The notes beneath the pieces are model-generated. The model worked only from the letters and a program-made list of their open reading frames with translations, ran no database searches and had not been told where the DNA came from. 64,000 nt of DNA from Patescibacteria group bacterium (lineage in GTDB: Bacteria > Patescibacteriota > Patescibacteriia > UBA10025 > JAHIVO01), in contig JBAZWB010000002.1 in NCBI GenBank assembly GCA_041660605.1, forward strand, positions 170,408 to 234,407, given 5' to 3'. Positions within the stretch are counted from its first letter, which is position 1. Each line of letters opens with the position of its first letter. This document shows, piece after piece, positions 19,762 to 31,900 of the stretch. The position numbers and the translations under genes are program-made.

Positions 19762-22700
19762 CTAAGTTGTGGGTTCCCCTGGCTCGCTCTCTGGAGCCGC
19801 TTCTTGCTTCGTCTTACTGGCTTTCTCTTTGGAAACTTTCAGGGTGTCCAGGATCTTGCCCAATACGGCAAATGTCCTGTATTGAGTTTCATTATTGGCA
19901 AAAGTACTGGTGTTTGATCCCTTTTGTATCCCTTCCAGTTTTTCTTTCAGTTCCTTACCTATCTTATCCGGCAGACTGCCTATTACTTCATTCAGCTGCG
20001 TGACGCTTTCAGCTATCATTCTGGAAAAATCATTTAAATTGAGGCCTTCTGACGTGGTGTTCGCAACTTTATCCATTGCTTCTTTTATGCTCTGGGATAA
20101 TTTGTTTATTGATCCATCCGGTAATTTTTCTTTAGTGCTGGCAATTTTTTCCTCTGCGTCTTTTACGCTTCCAGCCATTATATTCTTTGTGTCTGTAGGT
20201 ATTTTTACAGGGACAGCCAGTTCCTTGTCAACTTTTATATTGAAATTTTCAACTACCTTTTTAATTTCCGGCTCTGCATTTTTATAAGCCTCCTCAACGC
20301 CAACGTCGCCCTTATTATCTCGCAAGGTCGCTTTAACTAGTTGCGGAGTTGCCTCCCCTATGCGCTTTCTCAGGGCATTTAAGCGTGGATTGTAATGGCG
20401 CTTCTCTCCATCTTCATCTTCAAAAAGATTGTTTCTGGCATAATCATCCATTTCACGGTCATAATCATCATTCTTTGACCAGCCCATCTGGTCACGGTTA
20501 TCGTTCACCGAATGTAAATTATTCCAATACTTAGACCCCTGCCGGCGCTCCACAGCTTTTAGCACATTTTGTCCCCATTGAACTTCAGCTTTCCTCCTTA
20601 AGTCTTCTTGTTCTTTTTCATTCGGCTCTCTTTTATTGTCTCTATCAAAATCCACAAATTTCTCCTTATAAATTGATTCCGGAGAAATATCCTTGACCTC
20701 ATCCAGGCCCAGTTCGCTGGCGGCTAATTTACCTATTACCCCTTTTAATTTGGCTAACTCTGACTTTTCCAGTTCGGCCGGCTCATGATTGTCATGCTGC
20801 TGCTGCACCTTTTCCGCCCATTCTACCAGCAAATCCAGGTTTTCTATCATGGCATCTTTGAATTCACCCTGATAGTGCTCCAGTTTAGTGCTTAAAAAAT
20901 TCTCCGCATTTTTTTGCAGATTCCATTTCCCTACGTTACTGAGTGACCTGAAAGATAAATTATTATTTTCATCCGCGCGCTCAGTTAAATAGTTTTGGCG
21001 CCGTTGTTTCTGGATAAAACCGCGGCCTTCAAGTTTTGAATTAAAAAAAGCGGATTGTTCCGCGGCCTTATCTTCCCGCCAGTCTTCCGTACCGGCTTTA
21101 GCCCACGAAAGATTGCCCTGCTTATCCATGGCGACTATGCCTTTTAGCCAGGAATCAGACTGATGCAATCCCTGTTCTTCTATTTTTTTTGCGATACGCT
21201 TTGTATCTTTAGAATCGCCAAACATATGCTTCAATAGATTTTGGGCATCCTCCTGTGATACTTTACCGCCGCCATTATTATATTGCGTCATAACATTGGC
21301 AAATTCTCTCCTCTTCAGCACTTCATTAAAGTCATGCGAACCTAGCAGAAGTTCTAAGGAACCTTCTGCTTCCGCTACTTTTGTCGGTAGGACTCTCATA
21401 TCTTTCGATGTTCCAGAGTTGACCATTCTGCTTATAATGACTTCCTGCTCAGTACCGGCAGCCGCTATCTCAGATTTGGCTTTGGCAGCGCGCGCGGCTC
21501 TGGCCTGCGAAACATAATCAGTTTTTTCCCTGCCCTGGCTATACACCCGGAACAAAATATCCTCTGCTACCGCCGGCGCTTCACCGAGACGCTGGGCCTC
21601 AATTCTCTGCTTCCTTGATTTCCAGGCAGTAGGGATGGCCCGGATTTGGATGCCATGTTCCTGGATTTTTTCTAAGCCAATTGCTTTGCCTAATTTAGTA
21701 TTGGCGATAGCGCTCCCCAATCTGGTATTCATAAACCGGCGCTGCAGCCCGGCTTGCGAGTCATCAAGCCTTTTTACGCCCCAACCGCCAGCCGCCGAGG
21801 CCGCACCTTTCATAGCTCCGAGGGGAGCCATAATAGAGGCAGAACCCATTTTCTGTATCCTCTGGCTCATCTTACCGGCAAAAGCACCGGCGATGCCGCC
21901 CAGCGACCCAGCCACTGACAAGGCTATTAAAAACATGCTGACTGCCAGAATAAAGCCCAAAATATTTTCTGAGGAAGAAACGCCGGAGATGCCGGCAGCG
22001 ATAACTCCGCCGCCGCCGGATAAAACCTGACCGGCCGCTTCTTCCGTACTGCCGGGTTTTATGCCCATATTACCATTGCCTACAGTCAAAACTGAAAGTG
22101 CCAGCCAGATAAAAAATGCCAATATCGGGCCAATCGTTACCCATTGTCCGAATTTCTGCCACCATTGGGAAGAGTATGAAGCGGCCTTGCCCGGCAATAC
22201 CGACAGGAGATAAGCCAGCGGCGACAACACGACCAGCACCCATAAAACTATGATGCGAATCAAAAAAACCACTACCATGGCCAGCATAACCATCAGGGCG
22301 ATTACCAGTAGAATTATCGCCAGGAAAGGCACGCCGACAACTTCCATAAACGAAGGGGAGCCAGCCGCATCTACCTGGTCGGGGACCGTGGTATTCAACA
22401 TTTCCCGCAGTTTCAGCACTGAAGTAAAATTTCCCGTGGCCGTATTGGCGAAGGCATTCACGAAAGTCAGCATGACTACCTGCCCCAGGTCAATGAAAAA
22501 CGCTGAAATGGTTTTGGAAAAATTTATCAATACCGCCATAATGATCAGCTTGGCCAGGAGGCGGTTATATTTATAATTTTCAATTTTTAAGATAGTACCG
22601 AAGGCAATAACCAGCAGAACAATAATAAAAAACATGTTGCACAAATCTCTGAGCACTGCCCAGCCTTTGCTTACCGCATCCGCCGTGGCAAAATCGTTGT

Positions 22701-22944
22701 ATTGCACTACTCCGATAAGAATATCAATAACGACGACTAATATCTTGCCCAGTATAGAGGCTATCCATAACAATACAGTGGCCAAGACAGAAGCAACTGA
22801 ATCTATGCCCCAGCTGAAAATACTGGCGTTTGCTTTTAATGGCAAGGCCAGAAATGCAGCCGCTACTCCCGCTACCAATAATAAAACTATCCACGGTTTC
22901 GGGCTGTTAAATATTTTAATTTTCTGCCACGCTTTTTGCAACAT
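19762..22944 (-). CDS. VirB6/TrbL-like polytopic membrane protein with a long charged C-terminal tail
   Basis: GWAVLRDLCNMFFIIVLLVIAF, AVLINFSK, RIIVLWVLVVLSPLAY, WWQKF, then a Gly/Ala-rich linker; typical of CPR VirB6-like proteins. Confidence 0.72.
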   Translation of the reverse strand: MLQKAWQKIKIFNSPKPWIVLLLVAGVAAAFLALPLKANASIFSWGIDSVASVLATVLLWIASILGKILVVVIDILIGVVQYNDFATADAVSKGWAVLRDLCNMFFIIVLLVIAFGTILKIENYKYNRLLAKLIIMAVLINFSKTISAFFIDLGQVVMLTFVNAFANTATGNFTSVLKLREMLNTTVPDQVDAAGSPSFMEVVGVPFLAIILLVIALMVMLAMVVVFLIRIIVLWVLVVLSPLAYLLSVLPGKAASYSSQWWQKFGQWVTIGPILAFFIWLALSVLTVGNGNMGIKPGSTEEAAGQVLSGGGGVIAAGISGVSSSENILGFILAVSMFLIALSVAGSLGGIAGAFAGKMSQRIQKMGSASIMAPLGAMKGAASAAGGWGVKRLDDSQAGLQRRFMNTRLGSAIANTKLGKAIGLEKIQEHGIQIRAIPTAWKSRKQRIEAQRLGEAPAVAEDILFRVYSQGREKTDYVSQARAARAAKAKSEIAAAGTEQEVIISRMVNSGTSKDMRVLPTKVAEAEGSLELLLGSHDFNEVLKRREFANVMTQYNNGGGKVSQEDAQNLLKHMFGDSKDTKRIAKKIEEQGLHQSDSWLKGIVAMDKQGNLSWAKAGTEDWREDKAAEQSAFFNSKLEGRGFIQKQRRQNYLTERADENNNLSFRSLSNVGKWNLQKNAENFLSTKLEHYQGEFKDAMIENLDLLVEWAEKVQQQHDNHEPAELEKSELAKLKGVIGKLAASELGLDEVKDISPESIYKEKFVDFDRDNKREPNEKEQEDLRRKAEVQWGQNVLKAVERRQGSKYWNNLHSVNDNRDQMGWSKNDDYDREMDDYARNNLFEDEDGEKRHYNPRLNALRKRIGEATPQLVKATLRDNKGDVGVEEAYKNAEPEIKKVVENFNIKVDKELAVPVKIPTDTKNIMAGSVKDAEEKIASTKEKLPDGSINKLSQSIKEAMDKVANTTSEGLNLNDFSRMIAESVTQLNEVIGSLPDKIGKELKEKLEGIQKGSNTSTFANNETQYRTFAVLGKILDTLKVSKEKASKTKQEAAPESEPGEPTT

Positions 22945-22979
22945 GGGGAATAAATTGCTACTTTTTTAGTAATAGCTTC

Positions 22980-25900
22980 TTAAGTCGGATCGTAAGTTAT
23001 ATAAGTCTGTAAATAATCACAGTCGTCTCCGTCCGCGTTCCACCGGCAATCGCCTGAAACGCAAACTCCCGCCGCAGTCACGCCGCACCAGTCCCAATTA
23101 TCAACAATTTTAATTCTCACGCCAGTACCGTTAGGATCAGCGGGGTTATATGGCGTAAAAGGCTGCGCGAAATTATAAGTATGGGTCAAATAAATTGTAT
23201 TTGAGTCGTACTTGCCCTGGATGATAAAGTTTGAACCGTCGCCCCAGTTGACCTCAATGCGTTTGAGGGGCTTCTGCTCTTTATCAACATTGACATTAAA
23301 TGCCAGGTGAACTTCGCCGGTCCATAACGACAAACTAACCGGATTCAGTGGATCAGGCTCGGCCATAGTCGTTTGCGAACGGCCCACCCTGATGTCGCTG
23401 ACCACCGGCGGCATGCCGCAGTAATCACCGGGATCATCGCCGAGATTATCAGGGCGCGTGGCAACATTGCACACAGGCATATCGTTATACCCAAAGTAAT
23501 GCTTGCCGCTGATGTCATATCCATTTATCCAGTCATCCATAAAAGAACTGCCAACGCCAATTTTAATATACTGCCTTTGCTGGGAATCCCATCCCCAGCC
23601 GGCCACCGGCTTGGCGAACAAACGTTTTATGGTGTTAATGGCATCTGTCCGGGTCCTACCGGAGGCAAAAACACCGGCGCCCTCCAGGACGCATCTATTG
23701 TCCGCGCCAGTACACTGGGCATTTTCCGTACAACGGATTTTAGTATCTTTCAGGCAAAAACCCGAACCTAAGCCAACGCAAATGCCGTCATTGAGATCCA
23801 TATTCCCGTCATTATGCGCTAAGCATTTGCTAGTTAAATCATTTGACGAGCAATCGTTGGTTTCGTCCCAATTGCATCCCCTGTCCCAGCAATTGCCTAC
23901 GCATGAATATGGGCTGCCGGCCCGGGCGTTGTTGCTGGTTAGCGGATTTTCACGCTGCTCAACTGGTATCATAGGCCAGGAAGTCGGATCCAGTTCGTTG
24001 CGGCCTTGCGATGTGCTGGGATTTACAAAAGCGCCAAAAGGTTTGTAGTCCTGCTCATATTGATACTTCAATCCTTCCGGCACGTCTGGCGGCGGAGGAT
24101 TATCCTGAAGTATATAAGTCGAACTGGAACCGGTACGGCTCGACCAGGCTATCGGCTCTTCAGATAAATCAACTGCCTGGGCGATGGCACTGCAGGATTC
24201 CTTCAGATAAAAATTCAAATGAAATGCTCCATACTCATCCTTTCCTGCTGTTGAATCTTCACCAATAGTTCGGATTTCTTTCAATTTGCCGGTATTATTA
24301 TCAAATATTATCTGCAGCCACATGCACTGATACCCAGAATTTTCGTGGCAGGTGTCAATTGGATATAACCGCCATATCCTGTCACTGCCGCTAACCACCC
24401 TGTCCACTCTCCCCGCGGCGGCGCCACTGTCGCATTTTAATGGCGAAGAATTTTTATTACAGGCATAACCAGCCGTGGTCATTGTCTCTGGCGTGAAATA
24501 TCCGCTATATCCGCCCCAGCCAAAACTTGCATTAGTGACCCACTCCAATTCTACCCTGGATATGTCATCTTCGGTAATATTGCTGGTAATTTTAGAATCA
24601 TAATAGCTATTTGTACTGCTCCAATTGCAATCTGCACCAGGAGGATTGCCAGGCCAGATGCTCGGGGGGTATGGCTGACATGCATCGTCGCCGCCGGTTT
24701 GCACTATCCAGGAGTTTGTATATACTGTACTCGCAAATTCATCATCATGCCATTGAGAGGCAGTCAGCGGCTGTATATAATAATTATCACCAGTAGTCGC
24801 TGCAGGAAAAGTGCCCTCGTTCGTGGTAGTTGATAAGGTCATGCTCGGCTTATTGTTTCCCGGCGCTTCCATACAATAATACAAAGGCCGTCGGCCGGAG
24901 TATTGCGTTGTTTTCAGATTGCTGAAAATGTCAGTCTCACCGGAAATCAGGTCAACCGGCCACCAATTCAGGCAGTACTTGGAATTATTGGGATCCGATT
25001 CAATGCAATAGCCATACCAGCCGTTGAAAGTAGTATTATTTTCGTCAGTATAGGTGCAGTATGGCGCTTCAGCGTTCGGATACATGCGGCAGGACCGGGC
25101 CAGGTTGGTCTGCGTATAGCAATAGCCGCTAGGACAGTTATCGTCCGTTTCGCAGTAATTACCGTCATTGGCGCCGCCGATGCACTTGCGCTCCTGCACC
25201 TGCAGGACCGGCTTCATCGATACGTCATCCAAATAAAACTCCAAATCAGTGAACGGGGTCAGCAAAGAATCACGTACATAGATGATGTTCAGGCGGGCAT
25301 TGACAAAATCTTTAGCGTCGTCATTGCCGTCATCATCAACGCCAGCCGTAATCGGACCCAGAGCGAATTTCTGCCATTCCAAAGACGGCTTGATCCTGTC
25401 AAAAGTCATATAAGTTCCGTTTGGCGCGTTTATTTGATTGCCATCATTATCTAAATATTCCAGCTGCACGTAGATATAATCATCCGGCCGAAACACCTGG
25501 TTGGTTTTTATCTTGAAAGAGACCGCGTACTCTTCGCCCTTGAAAACCCTGGTCTGCAGATCATAGGTCGCGCCGGTATAGTTGCCCGCGGCCACCACGT
25601 GCCCAATATTATTCTCATCCAGGTTGGCGTTCGGCGAGGGTATCTGCCCGCTAGCCGCCTCTTCGCCCCAGAGCATTACTGGCGCGGGCAAGGAATTTGG
25701 AGGCAATATGGGATTCTGCCGTGCGGACCACAAACCGATAGACTGGGTGGGGGTTAGTTTGGAGAATTCTATTTCCAGCGGGGCGTCAGCTTGGCCGCTT
25801 TCATCAACCGCGGACAGCACTTTGCTTAATTCCGCGTTTTTGAAATAACTGCTGTCGCCAAAATCCCCATAACTGATTATATCGCCTTGCGGGGAAGTAG

Positions 25901-28900
25901 TGCCGACTTCTTCCATGGCCTGATAAGGGAAGTCACCCTCAGTCAGCTGAGGTTCCGGAGAGCAGGTGCCATTGTCCACGCAATCGCCGCCCGGGCAATC
26001 GCCCCCGACGGTACAAATCTCATCGGCACGAACGCCGCCGCCGCAACGCATGCAATCAGCATCAATATCGCAAACGTAATTCATATTTTTGCTGCAGCGC
26101 TTATCCCAATCCATGCCGGCCAAAACCATGCCGGAATAATTTTTTATCTTATCGGCAAAAGCAGGCGAGGAATAAGTGTCATTCACCCGTTCATACTGGA
26201 CTTCATCGGTACAGACGCCGGTCTGCTCATCCATTTCATCACAGAGTTTCAGCTTCAGGCACAAATCCTGATTCTGCCCGCTTTCATTAGTGGTAATCAA
26301 TTTATCGGCGCACTCCAGCCACTTGTTGCACACCCTGTCCTTCTTCGCCTGAATGACGCTGTTAGAGTCACAATTGGTCTCCAGATATTGCGGCAGAGGA
26401 GGATCGCCTCCGGAAAAAATATAAGCAACTATATAATTTATATCATCCATATCCACATCACCATCATTATCAGCATCTCCCCGCTCAACCGGAGTTATTG
26501 TTCCTGTTCCATTCAGATAAGCACCAATAAGCTGTGGGTCGCCAATATTTATTTCATTATCATTATTGGTGTCGCCCCGCATTATCCTGGAATTTCGCGG
26601 TATAGTGCACAGAGCGGGGGACTCCTCATTTTTCGTTTCAGTAGCGTCGTAATTCAGGGTTGGCACGCTGGTGTCATTGAACATGAGGCAGCCGCTCTTG
26701 CGATCGACTAAATTATTGCAGCTGGATTTATCCACGTTGCCTGACAAATAATAATATGAATTGCAATCATAAGTTAAGACTCCGTCTCCGCCGCCGTCAG
26801 CCAGATAAACATCACAAGGCTTCGGATGGTCAGGATCGGAATAATCCACCGGATTTTCTGGATCGCGGTATTCCGTACAGCCGGTAGCGGTCGCCGGACA
26901 GGCGCCCACCCAGCCAGCCGCCGGCTGAGCTACGATCTTATCGCGCGGTACGCATAAATCAGCGCCAATAGACGGCCAATCATCGCAATCATTGAATTCT
27001 TGATTATTCAGGGCAGTATTGCAGGCCTGTCCTTTATTATGGCCTCCGACGCAGACACCGTTGGTCACCGGGCAATTAGCCGTCCCCTCGGTAGTGCCGC
27101 TCTGATACCAGCCGGCCACGCTCTGACCCGGAACTTTTGTAAAGTTACAAACCGCCTTGCCCGGATCTTTGAAATAATATTTTGCTCCGCTGGATGAAGT
27201 GTACTCATTGCAGCTGCTGTTTTCGTAATAGCACATGGTCTGGCCGTAATTATCCGGCTGATTAGCCAGATATGCGTCACTGAAAGACGAAACGCTGCCA
27301 TCGGCTTCTATGACCGGCTTGCCCAGGCGCTCACAGCCTACGGCGGTAGCGGAACAGCTTTTCTCCGGATCATTAACAACGAATATCATGCTGTCATTGG
27401 CCACGCCGGTTTTTACCTGCCCAGTGATGTAGCGCGGCAATGGAGATGGACCGCCGTTATGCAAAAATTGATAAAGATAGGTGGAATCTTCCTTGCTAAG
27501 ATTTCCGGAATTATTCAAATCAGCTATTTCAGCCGGGTCAGGGCAGCCAACTGCCGAATTAATACAAATATCCAATAAGGTCTGATCAGCATCATCAACA
27601 GTCCCATCTTTATTAATATCACCCCTTAAGAATCTGTTTACATTGGCCACGGTATAATCGGAAGCGCTGGGACCGACAGTATTCTTAGTGTCAATCATCG
27701 CCTCACATCCAACTTTGTCGTCTCGGCAGAGGCGCGTAAATGATTTCAGATAATGGATAGTGTTTGACCTGTCTTTATATTGATCGCAATTTTCATAACC
27801 GGAGCATTCTTTATATGAATCCTTAATCAAATAAGTGTTTTCATACACCTCATTTATTATAATATTATCAATGTAAAAGGCGTTGGTGCCGAAAGCCACC
27901 AGCTGTACAGCGCTTAAATCCGTGCCCGCTGGTACATATACCGGACCCAGATGGAACTGATTCCAATCTTCGGCTCCGGCCACCGCTTGTCCCGGAAAAA
28001 CCAGCGGGGTGGCGGTATTGAGGGTAAAGGTGATTGGCGTGTCCGCCGTAGCCTTGGCCCAGAAGCTGACTTCATAGGATTTATCAGCGGTCATGCCAAG
28101 GGCCGTGCCGACATTAGCTATCGCGCCGTTATTATTTATAAGCATGGAATGCCCGCCGACATTGACGGATTCGTTGCTGTAGGTAACATTGCCGATCCAC
28201 GGAGAGATTGTGCCATTTTCAAAACTTTCGCTATACACCTGGCGCACGTTATCGCCGGCATTTCCTTTATAAGAACGGCAGCCATTCTGACTGGCAGAGC
28301 AGGAAACGCTCTGTTTGGGAATCAAATGATATATCGCGCTCGCGCCGTCGATGGAGTTGCGGTAAGCATTACAATCCGCGGAAGCGAAAATGACGCGCGA
28401 CTTGAGATAATAATATGTCAAACCGTTGTCATCATAAAATTCCGTACAGTCGGGATTTACTCCGACTTCGGCCGCCAGGCAGGTCGCCGCTAGGTGTGAC
28501 TCAAGAAATCCGTCGCCATTATCATCAAAATCCTTGCCATCAACACAATTAGGCCACCTATTTTCCGGAGCGAGAGCGGAATTTTCTGCCATCATATTAG
28601 TACATGGCCCGAATTCTCCGGGATTTGTCAGATCAGGCCAGTTGCTTTGTTTCAGAGAATATTTTTTCAGCTGATAGCCGAATTCATCAGAACCTTCCCA
28701 GGCATAAAACGTCTTAATTGATGCATCGTCTTCCTGCACGCACAGGCGGATATTGCTGTAATATTCCTTGCCTTCTCCGCCCTGGCCTACGGCATCCAGA
28801 TTCGTATATTCTTCGCAGCCCACGGCTGAAGCGTTGCAGCTCTGGCCGGTGGTGGCGATGAAGGAAACCGGATCCCTGGCCGGCCGCTGCGGTACATGTT

Positions 28901-31900
28901 CTATGGGCATCTCGCGATAAGCCCGGCATCCGACAAATTCCGCCGGGCACTGGTCGCAGGAATCAGGATTATTAGGATCGCAATTATTAGGATCAGAAAT
29001 AATGCCGCTGACCTTTTGGTTTGAGGTCAGGGAAGTGTATAATTCGCAGCCAACCTCATTGGCTGAACAAAATAAAGCATACTCGCCGCAGGCCTGATTG
29101 TCGGACTGCGAATTTCCGGTACAAGAAAGGAAATCGGGGGCGATGCGCAAATTAGTTTTTGGGTTGTCCTCATAGGCGATATAATTGCTGGACGCGCCTT
29201 CTTGCACCATTATATCGTCGATGATCACATCGCAGGCGATATCATCTGGCCGGGTAATCAGAGGCACGATTCCCTGCATCATCCAGGCTGAACCCCATTG
29301 TCCGGTCGGTATGCTGGGATAAGTAATAGTATAAACATAACGCCGCCACTCATCCGAAACATTTATTGAGGACGGATGGACCTCTGAATTTGCGGCGTCA
29401 ATCGGGCGCATTAAATCAATGTCTAATTGACCGGCATTTCCCGTACAATCAGGATCATCCGCCGCTCTCTTGGCATACAAAGATAAAGTAAAAGTCCGGT
29501 GATCCGTCAGATATCCCGTGGAGACGATTGTCGGCGAACCGGATGACGTATCGCCTATATAGAGAATCGCAGAGTCGTTAGAGCCTGGGTACATTTTGAT
29601 CCGGGCGGCTGTCGAGCCTTCATACGCGTCTGAAACGGCCACCAGGCTGTCGCCACAGGCCGACCCGGCACAATTCTTATTATAGTTCCAGTCATCAAAT
29701 GAGTCAGGCAAAGCGGTATCTTTAATGCCGTCATCACCGGCTACGCCTTTGCCAAATTGTTCAAGTCCGCCATTATAAATCAAATTCGCTCCAGCGCCGT
29801 ACTGCCGGATCAGCTGAGTGCATCCTTCTGATGAGGCATCGCAGGCCGTAATGCTATTATTAAAACTGATTTTACCGCCGGTGCCCAGCATAGTCGGAGG
29901 TTCGCCGGTGCAGTTCCATTTTCCGGTGGCGGCATTCCAGTCCTGGCAGTACCAGCTGCAGCCGACATTTGAAGAATTGCAGCCGTCTGTGTTGGTGGTG
30001 CTGGTCAGATAAGCTACCTCATCGCCGGTGCTGTTGGCCAGGGACTGGCAGCTGTTATACTGGGATTCGCAAGACTCGCTGTTAAATTTCCAGATCGGCT
30101 TTTCCTCCACGCAGTAACCGAACTTTTTGCAGGTGCCGTCGTCATTCTCCGCCAGGCACATCTGTTCGTCAGCGCAGTAATTATCCTGGCGCTGCACCAT
30201 ATTATTGGCCACGTCCTTCAGATCTACGGTACCGTCTCCGTTTGTATCTTCGCTCCTGATCGCCTGCGTTGATACCACCTTTTCTCCCGATCCTTCGCGC
30301 TTACAGAAAATTTCCGGGGATTTCAGCACCCAGTTCGGATCCACCAACCGGTAGAACGGTGAGATAGGATTATCGTATTCAGCGATTAGATCACTAAGCG
30401 TATAGTCCTGTTTGGCATAATCGCGGATATATTTCGCGGCTAGTTCCCAGCCTACAGGAATAATCCGATATTTGCGTAAAATTACCAGACTTCTGTATGG
30501 ATAGCCGTTATAATACTCCGGCTGGGTGCCGTCGGAATAAAATCCAAAAATTTTATTACTATCATCTTTGGCATCCAATAATCCCTGGTCAATCGCCTGC
30601 TGTACTGTCAGTTCCTGCTCAATGGCCGTCTGAAGGCGGTTATCAATCACGCAGGTATCAGGCGTGGAGTTCTCCGTGTCCGGACAGCTGGCCAGAGTTG
30701 GCAGCACTTCCTCTGCTCCGCCGGTGGAATATTCAGTCTTTTGCAAATCAGAAAAAAGCAGCTTCGCGGCAGTAATCCCAGGCGAAGTTCCGCCAAAGAT
30801 ATCGGCAAATAAGCTGGTGGATGATTTTGTCCCGCCTTTTGAGGCAAAAGGATTCCAGCCCTGGTTAATGAGACGATCCAGAAGTTTACTGGCTAAAGTA
30901 TTAGTAAAAGTACCAACCGCGTCGGCGACCATTGATCCTGTTTGTACTAACGATTGGCTGATAGATTGATTGAACAAAACTCCCTGCGCCTGCTCGATAA
31001 ATTTAGCCGGTGTTTTATTTTCTTTGGTGACCGCGGTAGTGGCCGGCTCCATCTCTCCGGACAACGACTGCGTGAATTTTTTATTATCTTCCGCTTTAGC
31101 CGCTTCCTCGTCCGCTTTGCGCACTATTTCCAGATAAGCACCGATCTCCGTCGCTTCAGGATTGAAACTCTTGGAAAATTCGAAAAGGCGCTGCTTGGAA
31201 GTGGCATTTACATTATCAATTATTTCAGAGAGGGTGCATTTGGCGGAAACGTCCTGCGGTCCGCCAAAAGTTGCTTCCCTGGCCCAGGTCTGCAGTTTGA
31301 TCTTAGTGGTAATATCTTGTGGTTCGCACAGACTGAAATCCTTGATGCACTGCGGCGCACCGGTTCGCGGAGCGAACTCATAATTTTTATATTTTTCCGG
31401 TACCTGTCCTGACCCCTCCCATGAAGGGCAAGACTGATTTTTTCCGCATTCGAGCAAGATACAGCCGCGTGAGATACAAAACTGTTTGGCTTCCACGCTA
31501 CTGTCACATTCAGTAAAACAAGCACCCGATCCTTGTCCGAAGGCACAAGGAGAAGACGGAATGGCATTTTTTGGACAGAGCAACAGCGGCGCATAGCTCT
31601 TGCAGTCATTATCACTACCGCAAGATTGATAGTTATGACCCTGGCAGGTACCACTGGACCAGGAATTTGCCATACTATCCAGGAAATCGCCAGCTGCGGC
31701 ATCGGCGGTTTGTTTCAATAAAGTGGAAGGATTAGTGACAAAAAGCGGTTTCTGGCCTGGTTTGCCAGTGGCGATTTTTACCGCATAGTTATAAGCTAAA
31801 TTATTTAAGTAGTTCTTTAATATGTTTTTAAAAGCGACATCTGAGGCTGTCTTTATAGCCTTAGACACGGCTTCCATCAGCTTGGCGGCGGGATTAGCCA

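Noticed and set aside
23373-31721. Many 60-270-aa alternative-frame ORFs within the 3025-aa gene
   Set aside because: They are shadow ORFs in relatively GC-rich coding sequence with no independent signals.
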